64,000 bases of DNA, from contig JBEWZL010000260.1 of the NCBI GenBank assembly GCA_045837725.1, forward strand, positions 496,001 through 560,000. Direction: 5' to 3'. The first letter of the stretch is position 1, and every line of letters begins with the position of its first letter. Under the pieces are notes generated by a model. The model made no database searches and was not told the origin of the DNA. It worked only from the letters and a program-made list of their open reading frames with translations. This document shows, in pieces, positions 25,074 through 37,443 of this stretch. Made by a program: the position numbers and the translations under genes. The DNA comes from Vermamoeba vermiformis (lineage: Eukaryota).

Positions 25074-26698
25074 ATGAGTGCCACAAGTGAGAGCGATGTG
25101 AAAGTGGCAATTGTCACTACCTGCAAAGGAGGTGGTGAGACCACTGTTTCATGGATGGCGTATCATTTAGAAGTCGGGTTCGACCACTTATTCATGTTTT
25201 TTGACGATCCTAACGATCCAGCTTTGTCTGACGCGAGAAAATTCGATAAAAATCGGGTAATAATGAATAACATCACCAAGTACATCGACTACTTGTCTTG
25301 CCGAGCACAGAAAATTAATTTGTAAATATCTTATTCAAAGGTGTCAATCCTCGTATCGAATGAAGAAGTTAAAGAGAAGCTAAAGGAAGGACATGCGTAC
25401 AAACATATGGAACAGTATTTAAAAGACGAAGTTCAGGCTAGACAGCAAGTGAATGCTGAGTTAGGTACTTACCTTAGACATTTTTGAACTTTTCACACAC
25501 AACTCTAATTATCATCATGAAGCCCTTCAATTGAGCGCTGAGCGAGGGTATCACTGGCTATTACACATCGACATTGACGAGATATTTTACTCGTTTAATA
25601 AGCCAATCAAGCAGCACTTCAAGTATGACAATAGACCAATTTGATTCGAACAACACCGTTATTGACCTTGTGACACAGAGAGCTGATGAACCAGAACATA
25701 GGCCACTTGACTTACATGAACTACGAGGCAGTGCCAACAACAGTGGACATTGGAGATTATTTTCAAGAGGTCACATTGTTCCGCAGACACTTGTCTTCTG
25801 TCCAGCTGACCGCACCGGCCTATCAGTACGTAACAGTGTTAATTGATGCGTGATATGTTGTGCTAATATACGAACAGGGCATTAGAGTATTGGACGAATA
25901 GAAGAAAGCACGGACAGTTCTTTTTGGCCTATGACAATGGCAAATCTGCAGTGCGCGTGCTGCAAGGTGAGTGACACCTGTCACTATCAAGTAAGATAGT
26001 CATGACTAATGAAGCATTCAGGTGTGACACCGAGCTCAGTGCACGAATGGAAACTTCCAAAGCAGACGAGCGAAGGAGAGCACTTGAAGAGCTGCACGGC
26101 AATCAATGACGCACGTCATTTAGACTTGAATAAGCTGCACAAGTGCGATGTAAGCTGTGTCACTATCGAATTGGAGCTAACTTTTAGCAGGACGTGGTCA
26201 TCTTGCACTTCGTAGTGTGCGGCTGGAAGTGGTATTTGAGCAAGTACAAGATATTGGACGTGTTTCCCAATCACTGGTTTGGCGGAAAATTGAAAATAGC
26301 ACCGTGTTTTCATTTGGACTCACGAGACTTGTACTTGGAGGGTGATATCGAGAGAATGAAGCAATTTTACAGGTAAGGACTAAAGACATTGTCAACAATA
26401 ACTAATGCACAGCAGTGACCAAGTGGTGCTCGATGAATCTCAAATTGAACAACAAATCAATGCAGGATTGGTTGTGCGCATTGATCATGTGTTGAAGACG
26501 CTAGAGCAAGTGCGTGACAAGTACCCGACAGCCAGTGCCGCGTCTGTGTTGCGCCTTGAGGACCTGACAAAAGAAAAGCGTGCGCCAGTCAAAGCGAATG
26601 ATGGCCCGCCGAGCACTGTGAACACATTGCCACTCACCAAGCAGTGGATGATTGCTGCACTCGTTGGTCAGTATTTGAATCCTGACGACAAGCAGTGA
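25074..26698 (+). CDS. GT-A glycosyltransferase-like protein, KOBITO1-like
   Basis: WMAYHLEVGFDHLFMFFDD, RQQVNAE, WLLHIDIDE, NYEAVP...EVTLFR, FFLAYDNGKSAVRV...VHEW. Confidence 0.75.
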
Positions 26699-26741
26699 AC
26701 GCATTGTAAATAGCAATAATAATTAGTAATAAGAGCACAAT

Positions 26742-28870
26742 TTATTTCTTCGCGAATGTCTTCCTCTTGTCACCTTTAAATTCTTTTCGTTTCGGCTTGC
26801 CGAACTTATTCTCCGCATTATTAGTCTTGTTTCCTTTGTCTAATTTAAATGGCTTGTTTGGCTTATTGTGGGCTTGCTTCTTCGTGCCAGTGAAGCTGTG
26901 AAATAATGTGTTAATGGCTGGACCAGTTAGGGAAGTGCGCGACATACCTGCGCTTTGGCTTCTTCGCACTATTAGCAGTGTTGTTGTTAGTGTTATTTCT
27001 GTTGTTGTGCAGCTTGTCTCGGTTGAGTAATCGACGCTTTTGCACGTGGCCGTTGTTCTGTTGTTTGGTTTTCTGTTCGGGTGTCTTGATCTTTGCGCCG
27101 GGCTGTTTAGGTTTCTTTTGCAATGGTTTCTTTGCGCCAAGTGTTGCGAGCACCCATGACAAGTTGATGGTGCCGCTAAAGAATGTCGGCTTCTGTTGCA
27201 ACCAAGGCTCAGTCAGGGCGTGAATGTTCTTCGTTGTTGCCAGGGCAATGGTGACTTGTTCCACTTGTTCACGCTAACCAACTGTTAGCACTGCATTAGC
27301 AATTATGCTTAGGCTTACCAATGCTGTTTGATCGTTGACCGATAATTTCGAAGCATCTACTCGCTTCAGTTCTGACAGACGCGCGGCGAGTTGAGTGGTG
27401 TTAGCTTTTGTAGTCTGCATCAAATAATCCAAGCGTATTTTGAGGTCTGTGCGTCGTTCGGTTAATTTGTCTGCGGGGTCCAAATGTTCCCAAGGCTGAC
27501 CAATCGACGGTGTATTGACATTGACACCTGTCAAATTCTTGAATGACCACGGAGCTTTCGAGCCAATTTGGTGAGTGGCATACAGCACGCACTCAATGTA
27601 GCTGAAGTTGAATTGTGGTGCGTGAATGACTGAAGGACGTGGCACGGCGTCCAGCAGTACAGTGTGCAGAGATGGGAACACTGCGCGTGCAATGGAGCTC
27701 GACACTGAGGGCGATGACTCAGCCACTGCGCGCAACAAGAAGAGTTTGAGCTCAGGGGTCAATTGGGCCAGTTTGGGCAGCAATTCATTGGTGACGTGTT
27801 GCCAGAACACAACCGAACACACTCCGTCCTAGCGAGAGGTTAGTAGTGCCACTGACATTAGTCTACTAGTCGAGTACTTGCCTTGCAGAGTGGTGCAGCG
27901 GCAGCAAAACAGTGAACAAACTTGGCTGTGGCATCAATGTCAGTGACCGAGGGTGATTTGTTGGCCTCTGAGAGCTCTTCTAACAGCTGCACTAATTTAA
28001 CACGGCCTTCACCTTGATACACACGCAGTTTGACGAGCACTCCAATCAGCACTGTGAACTCGTCGTCCGTCACATCTTCGAGCACCTTTGTGACTGCTGT
28101 TAGCACTAGAACGCTGAATATGTCACTGTGTACAGACCTGCTTAATGAGACCAGAGAGGTGTTGTTCGACCTCGTTGTGCGGGTGAATGAGTGCATCGCC
28201 CAAGCGAGGCACATTGGCTTGGATCCAGTTCAGTGAATGACGGCGCACAGAGCCCGATCCGTGCAATATTTGATGAAACAGCGCGCTAAATACCTCTTTA
28301 ATATTCTGGTGCGCTAATGAGTCAAGTGCTTCTTTCACAGTGGTGGATTCAAGTTCTTCCTCTGGATGCGGTGACGTCAGCAAGGTCAGTTGAAGTGGCA
28401 CAACAAGCTCTTACCAGTGGAAAGAAGTTGTATTAAAATATCTGCCATGCGAGAAAGGTTTGTTGGAGAAGCCTTCGTTAGGAGGGGAATTTGCCGAATT
28501 GCGGTGACGCGGATCTATTCGAAAAAGAACGAAAAATTCAAAAAATAAGAATGACTGCATATTAAAATAATTTACCACATATTACTTACGGCTAAATCAT
28601 CTTCTTCGCATAAATCAACTATCGCTTCGGTTGCATCCTCGTGCAACGCAGCGTAGGAACTGAAATACTTTCCTAACAGCTGTGCTGTCAATTTCTTCTC
28701 TTGACCGCCCTTTTTACTGCATTCAATAAGCTCTTTATATAGTTTAATGCCCTAGTGATACCGTTGTTAGCTTGCGTTTCCAGATTCTCAGTTCTTACGT
28801 TTGGATCGTTCGGCTTCTCAATTTTAATGAGCTGGTCATTTAGTGAATATAATTTGTCTGCTAGTGACAT
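26742..28870 (-). CDS. API5: Apoptosis inhibitor 5
   Basis: EKKLTAQLLGKYFS..HEDATEAIVDLCEEDD..IRVTAIRQIP; QFNFSYIECVLYATHQIG. Confidence 0.88.
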
Positions 28871-29006
28871 TGTGCTGTGGTGTTTATAATGACAAGAAAA
28901 TAAAATTGGAGGGATCTGAAAAAACGAACCTTTTTTCTCTCTTTGGTAGTTTTACGCTTTTTTTTTTATTTAGTCGAATTACACTGACAATAGTCCTGTT
29001 TTCACC

Positions 29007-30917
29007 TTAGAAAGCAGGCTCGTTGTCCATAGAACCCATGCCGCCCATAGCACCACCCATGCTAGGCATCTTGGGGCCACCAGCGGGCTTGGCCATGATG
29101 AGCTGATCAATGCCGAGGATGGTGATGGCTGTGTTGGTGGCGAGCTTGATGGCGTAGAACTTGGCCAAGTAGCTGTCAAACACGTGCATGTCAACGGCAG
29201 AGCGGATCTTGTGCTCGTAGACGTCAACACCGTCAAACTTGTCGTTCTTCATGTGGTGGCTGTACAGCGTGGAGATGATCTCGCTAGCATTCATGCCTGC
29301 ATTCTCAGCAATGGTGCGCGGCACGACTTCAAAGCTCTCGGCGTACTTGTTGATGGCGTATTGCTCTTGGCCAGGAGTAGTCTCGGCGTAGGCCTTCAAT
29401 TGCTTGGCGAGCTCAATCTCAGCAGCACCAGCACCGGCGAGCAGTCTGTTGTCCTTGCTCAGGGCCTTGTAGACGTTGACACCGTCTTCAATGGCACGTT
29501 CAATGTCATCCAAAACATTTTGAGTGGCAGCGCGCACAACAATAGTGGCGACACCGCTGTCGTCCTTGTTTTGCTTCAAGACAATTACTTTTTGACTGCC
29601 AATCTCGTCGACGTAGACCTCAGAGCAGTGACCCATCTCTTCAGCGGTGGGGGCACCGAGTCTGACCATAGGAGCAGCACCAACTGTCTTGCACAGACGA
29701 CGAATTTCGAACTTTGAAAGAGTCTTGATGACCATCAATTTGTATTTCTCCAAGAAGTGCATTGCCATCTCGTCAATAGCGCCACCGCTGATCACGACAT
29801 TGACGCCGCTGTCAGCAATCTGTTTGATCAACTTCTCCAAAGCAGCTTCTTCGCCCTTGTTAAAACCCAACAACTCTTCGGCGTTCTTCAACACCAAGGT
29901 GCCCTTGCCTTCTGTTTTGGCAACACCAATGCCGCCAGTAAAGATGGCAATCTTGGCGTCATTAACGCGCTTAATGGTGCCTTCAACATCGCGTGACACG
30001 ATGGCACCCTTGACAGTGAATGAATCACTCACACCACCACCAGGGATTTTAGCGACGCGCACGTTATCTACATTGAAGTTCTTGCTGTTCTTGGGCAGAG
30101 TGCTGATGCAGGCCTCGGCTATGAGACGCGACAAAATGTCCTCGTAGCCGATGTGTTTGGAAGCAACGGCAGCTTTGATAGCGCGGCCCATACCTTCAAG
30201 ATCGTGCAAGTTCTCTGCCTTTTGGGCCACCATATCTAAAATTCATATTAGTACGGAGGAGTAATAGTAACAAGAATAGAGGTGAGGCTTAAGAAATTGA
30301 TTTTTGATTGAGATCGTGATCGTGTTGGCACGTACTTTGCAACAATTCTTCGACTTTCTGTCCAGCCTTTTCGAAACCAGTAATAATATCGCTAGTGTGC
30401 AAGCCAACGCGCAATAATGCTTCAGCTTGTTGTAAAAGCTCTCCTGCGAGAATAATGACAAGATTTGTGTGATCTCCGACCTAAATACGTAGCATAGTTG
30501 GTATAAATCTTGCTAAATGCATGTGAGTATTTTTTGGTACCTCTTCTTCTTGTCTCTTTGAAGCCATGACGATCATCTTGGCAGCAGGATGCACGATCTC
30601 CAATTCCTTAACAATAGTGCCTGCATCGCTGGTGACAATAAGTTTTTCTTGAGCGGTAATGACCATTTTGTTCATGCCTATGCAAATAGATTAGAAAAAC
30701 AGAATATTGCATTATTGGTGGATTAACAAAAATAATTATTTTAAATAATTATAATAACGCTCTAAATGCTATCATAGGTACCATTAGGGCCCAAAGAAGT
30801 TCTAATAATTTTTGCCAACTCTTTGCAGGCCTCAATGTTGCGTAAAACAGCCTCTTCTTGGCCTGAGAGGTGCTTGGTGCCCTCTTTCAACATATCTTGT
30901 GCGCGTGAGACGAGCAT
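29007..30917 (-). CDS. CCT8: T-complex protein 1 subunit theta
   Basis: EEAVLRNIEACKELA..RTSLGPNG, MNKMVI, FNVDNVRVAKIPGG, IDQLIMAKPAGGPK. Confidence 0.97.
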
Positions 30918-31110
30918 TGTGTAATATAGTTATAAATATACTTCGTTGAGGTGTTTACAAGTAGGAGAACAGCAACAATCGAGTTGCAGCAGCCTGACAG
31001 AACAAATTTTTTGGTTAAGTCGCGATCTGCCCAGTTAAGCGAAGAGGTCGGCGTTTATTGGTTATTCGCGACTCTACTGTTAATATATAGAACACATCTT
31101 TTGTATATAA

Positions 31111-31999
31111 ATGTTAGGCAAAGGCCGAGGAGGGCAAAAGAATGAAGTGCCTACACTAAAACGTCTGGCAACCGAGACTATCATAGATAACCTCGATGGT
31201 ATGGGTTTGTAACACCACATATTTCATATTCCCTTGCATATCATAATGTAATGTATACTTCCAGCCTTGAGAGATGTCGGGGATGTCCCTCAAAATTTAT
31301 TGGATGATATACTTGCAGTATGCTCGGTAGAGCAACTCCTACGTATTGAAGCAGAGTCGGTAAGTGTTTTATTTTTAGTTTGGAATTGATAAATTATTTA
31401 AAATTAATTTTGATTCTTGGTACTAAATTTCCTCTATTATCCACAGAATCGACCTGATCTGAACACAGACAAATATTGGCAACTTCATTGTGGTAGAATA
31501 GGTGTTACGAAAGTGCCTGGCGTAAGTGATTGCTGTATTGTAATTTTAGACCGCTTATTGATCCGTTTCTGCGCAGAAAAATTGGAAAGAGTCTTATAAG
31601 GTAAGATATTTGCAGATTAATAGCTATACCGAATGAATGATTAATATCTGGGCAGCATAAACTTGCAGATGATGAAGTCAAGAGACAAAGGGTCGCGCAA
31701 AGAATTCGTGAAATGAGTCAACAAGAAACAAAAGGTAAATTCTCACTTGCGTGACCTCAGTAATAATATAATAATGTACTATTAAAGAGCGCGAGACGAA
31801 GAGAAGTCGCGTGCTTGAAGCACTGCCTGCAAACAAGAAGGCACGCACAGTGAGTTATCCAGGCACCAGAACCACGAACAACTTCAACCAAATCAAAAAT
31901 CGACCCAATCCTGCTGCTATTAAAGTCGCACCTAAAGCGGGCATGAACTTGCTGCAATTGTCCAAGATGCAAGCCAAGAAGAAGAAAGGTCACTTCTGA
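31111..31999 (+). CDS. ELOA: Elongin-A domain protein (short, several micro-exons)
   Basis: Spliced VPTLKRLATETIIDNLDALRDVGDVPQNLLDDILAVCSVEQLLRIEAE..TDKYWQLHC..WKESY (BC-box + Elongin A domain). Confidence 0.8.
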
Positions 32000-32105
32000 A
32001 GCCGCGTTCGTTCAATGTCAGGCCTTGTAAAATTTGTACAAAGTGTTTGTAAAAAGAGTTGATTATTATTTACAATAATATGCGCCAAAGTGACCAAGCA
32101 CTAGA

Positions 32106-33296
32106 TTATTTGACTGCTTTCTTGGCACGCAGCTCTTTAATCTCTTCTTCGAGCTGCACAATCTGTCTGTTGCTTTCTTTGACCTCTTTAGCCAGGCCCT
32201 TAAATGTGTTATTAGTACTCATGCAGTTAACGACACTACTACTTACGAGAATTTTCGAGAGTGTCAAGGCGTAGTATTTGTCGAATTGTGCAATATGTGC
32301 TGGCGGTGTCTCCAACATTCCTGGTATATTGCTAGAACGGTAATCAGTAAATAATATCTTTCGAATATCTATTCGACATAGACGCACTGTAAGGCATCGC
32401 TGAGCTCGCTAAATGGACCAGCACCAACAATGTTTTTATCGTAAGTGGATATCGGGTTGAAATTCAAATAGTCCTCTTGTGAGCTTGAAATCAAATTGAC
32501 GACCTCTAATGCGACAGAATTGACCTCGCTACACTATTGTTAATAACAATAATAGTGTTACTGCACGCGTGAGACGTACCCAAGTGAATTGACTTTGAGT
32601 GCTCGATAATCAAACGAATGCACTGTTTGATCTTCAGTCACGCCTTGACTCAACACAAAGAACAACAGTGGTGGCACTGCACTCTCGAGCGACTGTAACG
32701 TGATTGGTGAGCTATTCAGCAAGTGATAGAGAATAGAGATTTACCCTCGGACTCTTTGGTATGTCTGAACCAAATTGACGGAAATAGAATGGCTCGAGCT
32801 GTCTGTGCACGGCTAATTCTTTCATCGATGGCTTCAGAGGCAAGCCTCGTCTGAATCTGAACCAACCCAAGAAATTCTACCACGAGAAAATAAATACAAC
32901 GAAATTGAAAAATGATCATAATCATACCTGTTTTCTTGATGACAGAACTTGCGCAAGTAAATTCGGATCCACTATACCAGTTGCATCGTAAAAACTATTG
33001 AGTGTCCCCAAGGGTACGTAGCTTTGGATAGCTGCGAAATTAAATTAATTTTCGAAAATATTTTAATAATTTATTACCAATCGTAGTTTTGAACTGCTTG
33101 CTGCCTGCATAATCATCAAATTTCTGCTGTTCGTTTCTATTAATTGTTCCAAAGAGTAAACCTTCCTTTGGAATTGTAAGTCGAGAGAGTAGAAATTGAT
33201 CTAGCTTACAGCATCAGAATTGCAACAAAGAACTTCTCTGAACAAGGCTGATAAGGTAACGCCAGCTACTTTAATATTATCATCTGTGGTTGACAT
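32106..33296 (-). CDS. Abraxas/ABRO1 (FAM175) MPN- pseudo-DUB scaffold
   Basis: IKVAGVTLSALF, EGLLFG, IQSYVP...SFYDATG, FLGWFRFRR...PSMKELAVH; C-terminal coiled coil. Confidence 0.78.
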
Positions 33297-33433
33297 GTTG
33301 ATCGCGTCTTTAGATCTGTTTGTGCTCCGAAGAAAAAGTTGGCTTGAAATTTTTGCCGTCGATTTTCCCGCTCAAATTTTTCAAATAGTCGTTGAAGTTT
33401 GTCGATGGACAGAATCGATAAAATTGGATTAAA

Positions 33434-34721
33434 ATGAGCACCACTGCTAAGCGTATCATAAAAAAGGAGGATGCGGTTCCAAAACCAGCAGCATCCAAAC
33501 AACCGACTGCAATTAAACCCAAAACCTCCGTCACATCCGCAGCACTACCTAAACCAGCACAGCCCAAGATAGTACCTGCTACACCTAGCGCTTCAGAAGC
33601 AGTTACACCAAAATTTGGTTCTAGCCAAAACCACACCAAATCTAAGTCGAGGTATGACGATGCTCCAAATAATAACTCGGTATCGATTGGTAAATATATG
33701 TTAAATTAAATATTATAGGATCGAAAGCATTATGGCGAAAGAAGCAGCACAAAACACGATCGCGCCACTACAGCTCTTACCAACCATTCCAGTTCCCACA
33801 TTACCAACCCTTTCCAGCGCTAAGAAGCCGACTCTATCAAACAGCGGAACTATTTTCAATACTACAGCAATCGATCCAAAGCTTTTGCCGCAACTTTCTT
33901 CGAGCAATAATGCGATCAGAGGCTATTCTGAACTTAAAAAGAGTGAAGCCGCTCTGCAACTCGAATTAACCAAGAAAGAGACTGAGCGAGATTCAGCTGT
34001 TAGACAGGCCGCTGAGCTTGAGCGACGATTAAAGAGCGAAGTCAGCATTCGCGACGCAAAGATTATGGCTTTGGAAAGTCAATTGGACATTGACAATCAG
34101 CAGTGGCGAGGTAAGGAAGAGCAACGCGTTATTATCTCGATAACTAATCATTTCTCAGAGAAACTTTCATTCCTCGAGACATCTGCTAAAGAACAGCTCT
34201 CGAATGCGATTACTTTACATGCCTCGCGATATGACGAGTTGTCTAGCGAGCATTCAGTGCTTAAAACTCGCAGTAAAGATCTAGAAGATCAGTTGGAGCG
34301 TTGTGGTGTTGATCCGAGTAAGTATACAAAGCTGAGCTCGTTCGCACTGAGTTTCTAACATGTGTCGTGCAGTCAGCTTAACACCGTTTGATACCTCTAT
34401 TGGCTTGAAAGAAAGGGAGCAACGACAGCGAGAGATTAAGGTAAGTCAATCGTGCGCATTTTAATCGAGCTGCTCTAAGGGCCTGTTTAATAGGACAAAA
34501 AGGCCGTTCTTAGCGAACAAATCAAAGCTCGTAAAGAAGAGTTGAAGAAGCAAATTGAAAGCATGAAGCAACTCCGCGAACAGCTCGAAAGCATTCAAAT
34601 TGAAAACATTCCCGTGGTAGACGTGGATTCCTTCGCGATGGACTTCAGTGACAAGTCTACCTCGAGTCAAGATATGCTGAACAAAGAGAACGTTGTAAAT
34701 AATGTTCAAGTGGTTGTGTAA
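33434..34721 (+). CDS. Coiled-coil protein of unknown function (basic Pro/Ser-rich N-terminus)
   Basis: Exons join into a low-complexity N-terminus and two coiled coils separated by LERCGVDP. Confidence 0.7.
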
Positions 34722-34822
34722 GCCAATTAATGATACAAGCAGATAAGACTGCGTGTCTCGTTGTAAATAATGATTTATTTTTCTCGTTGAGAAATAAAAG
34801 TGTATTCTTACAAGATTGCCTA

Positions 34823-37201
34823 TTATTTCGTTCGTCTTCGCTTACGATCGCGACTGTCGCTGCTTGAAGACGAAGAAGATGAGCTATCACTGCTGTCACT
34901 GCTGCTGTCACTATCACTATCGCTGTCACTGTCACTGTCGCTCGAACTATCGCTGCTGTCACTGCTGCTGTCGCTACTCGAAGAGCTACTTTCAACCGGT
35001 GCTTGCACGACCTGTTTAGGTGCGTTCTTCAAGAACTCACGCAGATCATCCGTGAGACCACCAAGACCAATGGAAGTAAAGAAGTTGATAGCAAAACGAG
35101 TGTTCTTGGGGTTATCTTTGGGCATGATGTTTCCAAAGTGTTGTCGCAAGTATGGGTCTTGCAATCGTGCGTTCAATTTGACGAGACCCATGTATTCGGC
35201 CAACTCTTGGAACAAAATTTTGATGAAAATACGTGACGAGGATGTTGTCTCTTGCTCGTTCAAGTGCACGGCTTCCAGCACAGACCAAGAGATGGCATCA
35301 GTGTGTAGCAGATGAGAGAACAGCTTGGCCACATTTCTCAACTTGTTTGTCTCCAAGCGGTGAATATTCTCGTACTGGTCAACGAATAGTTTCTGGAACA
35401 GGTCCATGTAAGTAGTTTCGAGCTGGCAGAAACGTTGTGCCAACAGTGCGTAGAAGCGCAAGAAAGTACGCTCTTGAGCACAGCACTCGATGATCATCTG
35501 TGCCAAATGAGGTTCTTGGCCAGGTTTGAGGTCCATCTTCTTCAACTTATGCGCACACTCTTCGAAGTCGAGTGAAGACATAATTGTAAGATAAATGTGA
35601 CGCTTCAAGTTGACAGTTTCCAAGTCCGTGTTGTCTGTAATCACCATCTTGTTCTCATCTGTCTTCTTTTCTTCGCCGTCCTCTTCTTCTGATTCGTCAT
35701 CACTCGATCCCGAGCCTTCAGAGGACTCTTCGTCTGAATCTCCGAGAATTTCTTTGCGCACTTGGTCATACTTCTCTTCATTCTCCAAATAATCGGGGTC
35801 CTCTTGGAAGTAATTGAGGTTCTCTTCAGGGTCACCAGGATTATCAAGTGAGATGCCGTGAGGAATGGCGTCATCTTCTTCTACCAAGTCGAGGGCTTCA
35901 ACCACGGCTGGATACTCTGAGAAACGTGTCTTTCTGACCGCGAACAAATCTTCAATCATGTACTGAGTACGGCGATCAATTGCACCCTCGTGCAGAATGG
36001 ATCTGAACTGCTCGAATATTTCTACAACATGGTTAGTATTTATATTTGAAACACAACCTAGCTCTGCTTACTTTTGAAGCCCGAAGGAGCCAATTCTTCT
36101 AATTTCAAGCCACATTCTTTAATGAACACTACAGCTACTTCGACGGAATCGTCCGAAGGTTTGTTCAACAGTGTCAACAAAATCTGAAGTGGCAAGAGAG
36201 GATCAACGACTTGCTGATTGAGCAAGTGCGCGATGAATTTGACTGTGGGCACTAGAGCGGCCTATGAATCCATTAGTCTCCTGTCAATCGGTGACATGTC
36301 AAGTGTGTTACGTACTCTGTTGTGACGGCGGAAAGACTTGGCGAACTGATCGACCAATCGCTTCAACAACAACTCGCCCACTTCTGGCATCTTCGTGTTA
36401 ATAATTGCCACGAGTGCTGCGTAGACATTGGTGAATGTCGGTGAGGCTGCTTGTGCTTTCATGATAGATCTGCAGAATAGTCCTCGTCCTCTGATCAAAT
36501 TCTCTTGGAAAACTTCAGGAAGAATATTCTTAATGTTGGCGACACTGACCTAGCAATTTAAACAATTTATTAACAACGGCACCACAAATCTGAAAAATTA
36601 TCTTCTGAAAAATTTGAAGAAACCTATAAAAATATTTATAATCATCGCGTATACGTACTTTGTTGATAAGACCGTTCAAACTTTTTCTTAGTGCATCCCA
36701 AGTCAATTTCTGATACTCTTTGCTGCTCTTGTCCTGAATCTCCTTCTGCATCATGGCCAATTTGAATGGTGGGATATAAACGCCTCCTGTCTTAGCGCCG
36801 GCGCCCAATTCAGTTAATTTTTGAACTTGCTCTTCGATAGGGACCTCATCTTTCTTTTTCTTTCGATCCGGACTCTTGCCATTGCTTTTATTGCGACGGT
36901 CTTTGCTTCTGCTTCTGCTTCTACTGCGTCGTTGTCTTTTACGATCTTTGGATCTAGAACGGCTGCGATTACGGCTGCGAGAGCGACGTCTTCGCTCTCT
37001 TGATCTGTTTCTCGATCTGCTACGTGAAGAGCTTCTATCATATCGTCTTCGAGACTTGCGGTCGTCTCTGTCCTCGCTTGAATCTCTTCGTCTTTTTCGC
37101 GAAGATCTGTCAGGAGAGCGATCCTTAATATTCTCGAGCTTTGGTAAATCTGGATCCTCTTCTTTAATGCGAGCAGGAACTGGTGCTTCAACGTCAGTCA
37201 T
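34823..37201 (-). CDS. CWC22: Pre-mRNA splicing factor CWC22
   Basis: RS-rich N-terminus, [14 protein letters not shown]4G and MA3 domains ([38 protein letters not shown]). Confidence 0.97.
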
Positions 37202-37443
37202 GGTTGCTACTCTTTACACAAAATAGACAAATGAACAGTTTTTTCCTTGGTCTGCAGAAGCACAGAAATAGTTGGCGCTTAAGTCACAACGCGGCCTGAC
37301 TTAACCGCGGATCAAAACGCTTATTGTTTCTATCGATCGGGCCACGTGTACTACATAACAGCGATACGTTTGGCACCCATTGTACTTATAATTGATGAAT
37401 ATGAAGTTAGTTTGACATTTTACGAATACCACGATAAGAGATC

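Noticed and set aside
34855-34985. CTGTCA/CTGCTG tandem repeats
   Set aside because: They encode the Ser/Asp tail of CWC22; not a CRISPR or satellite, and not counted as palindrome sites.
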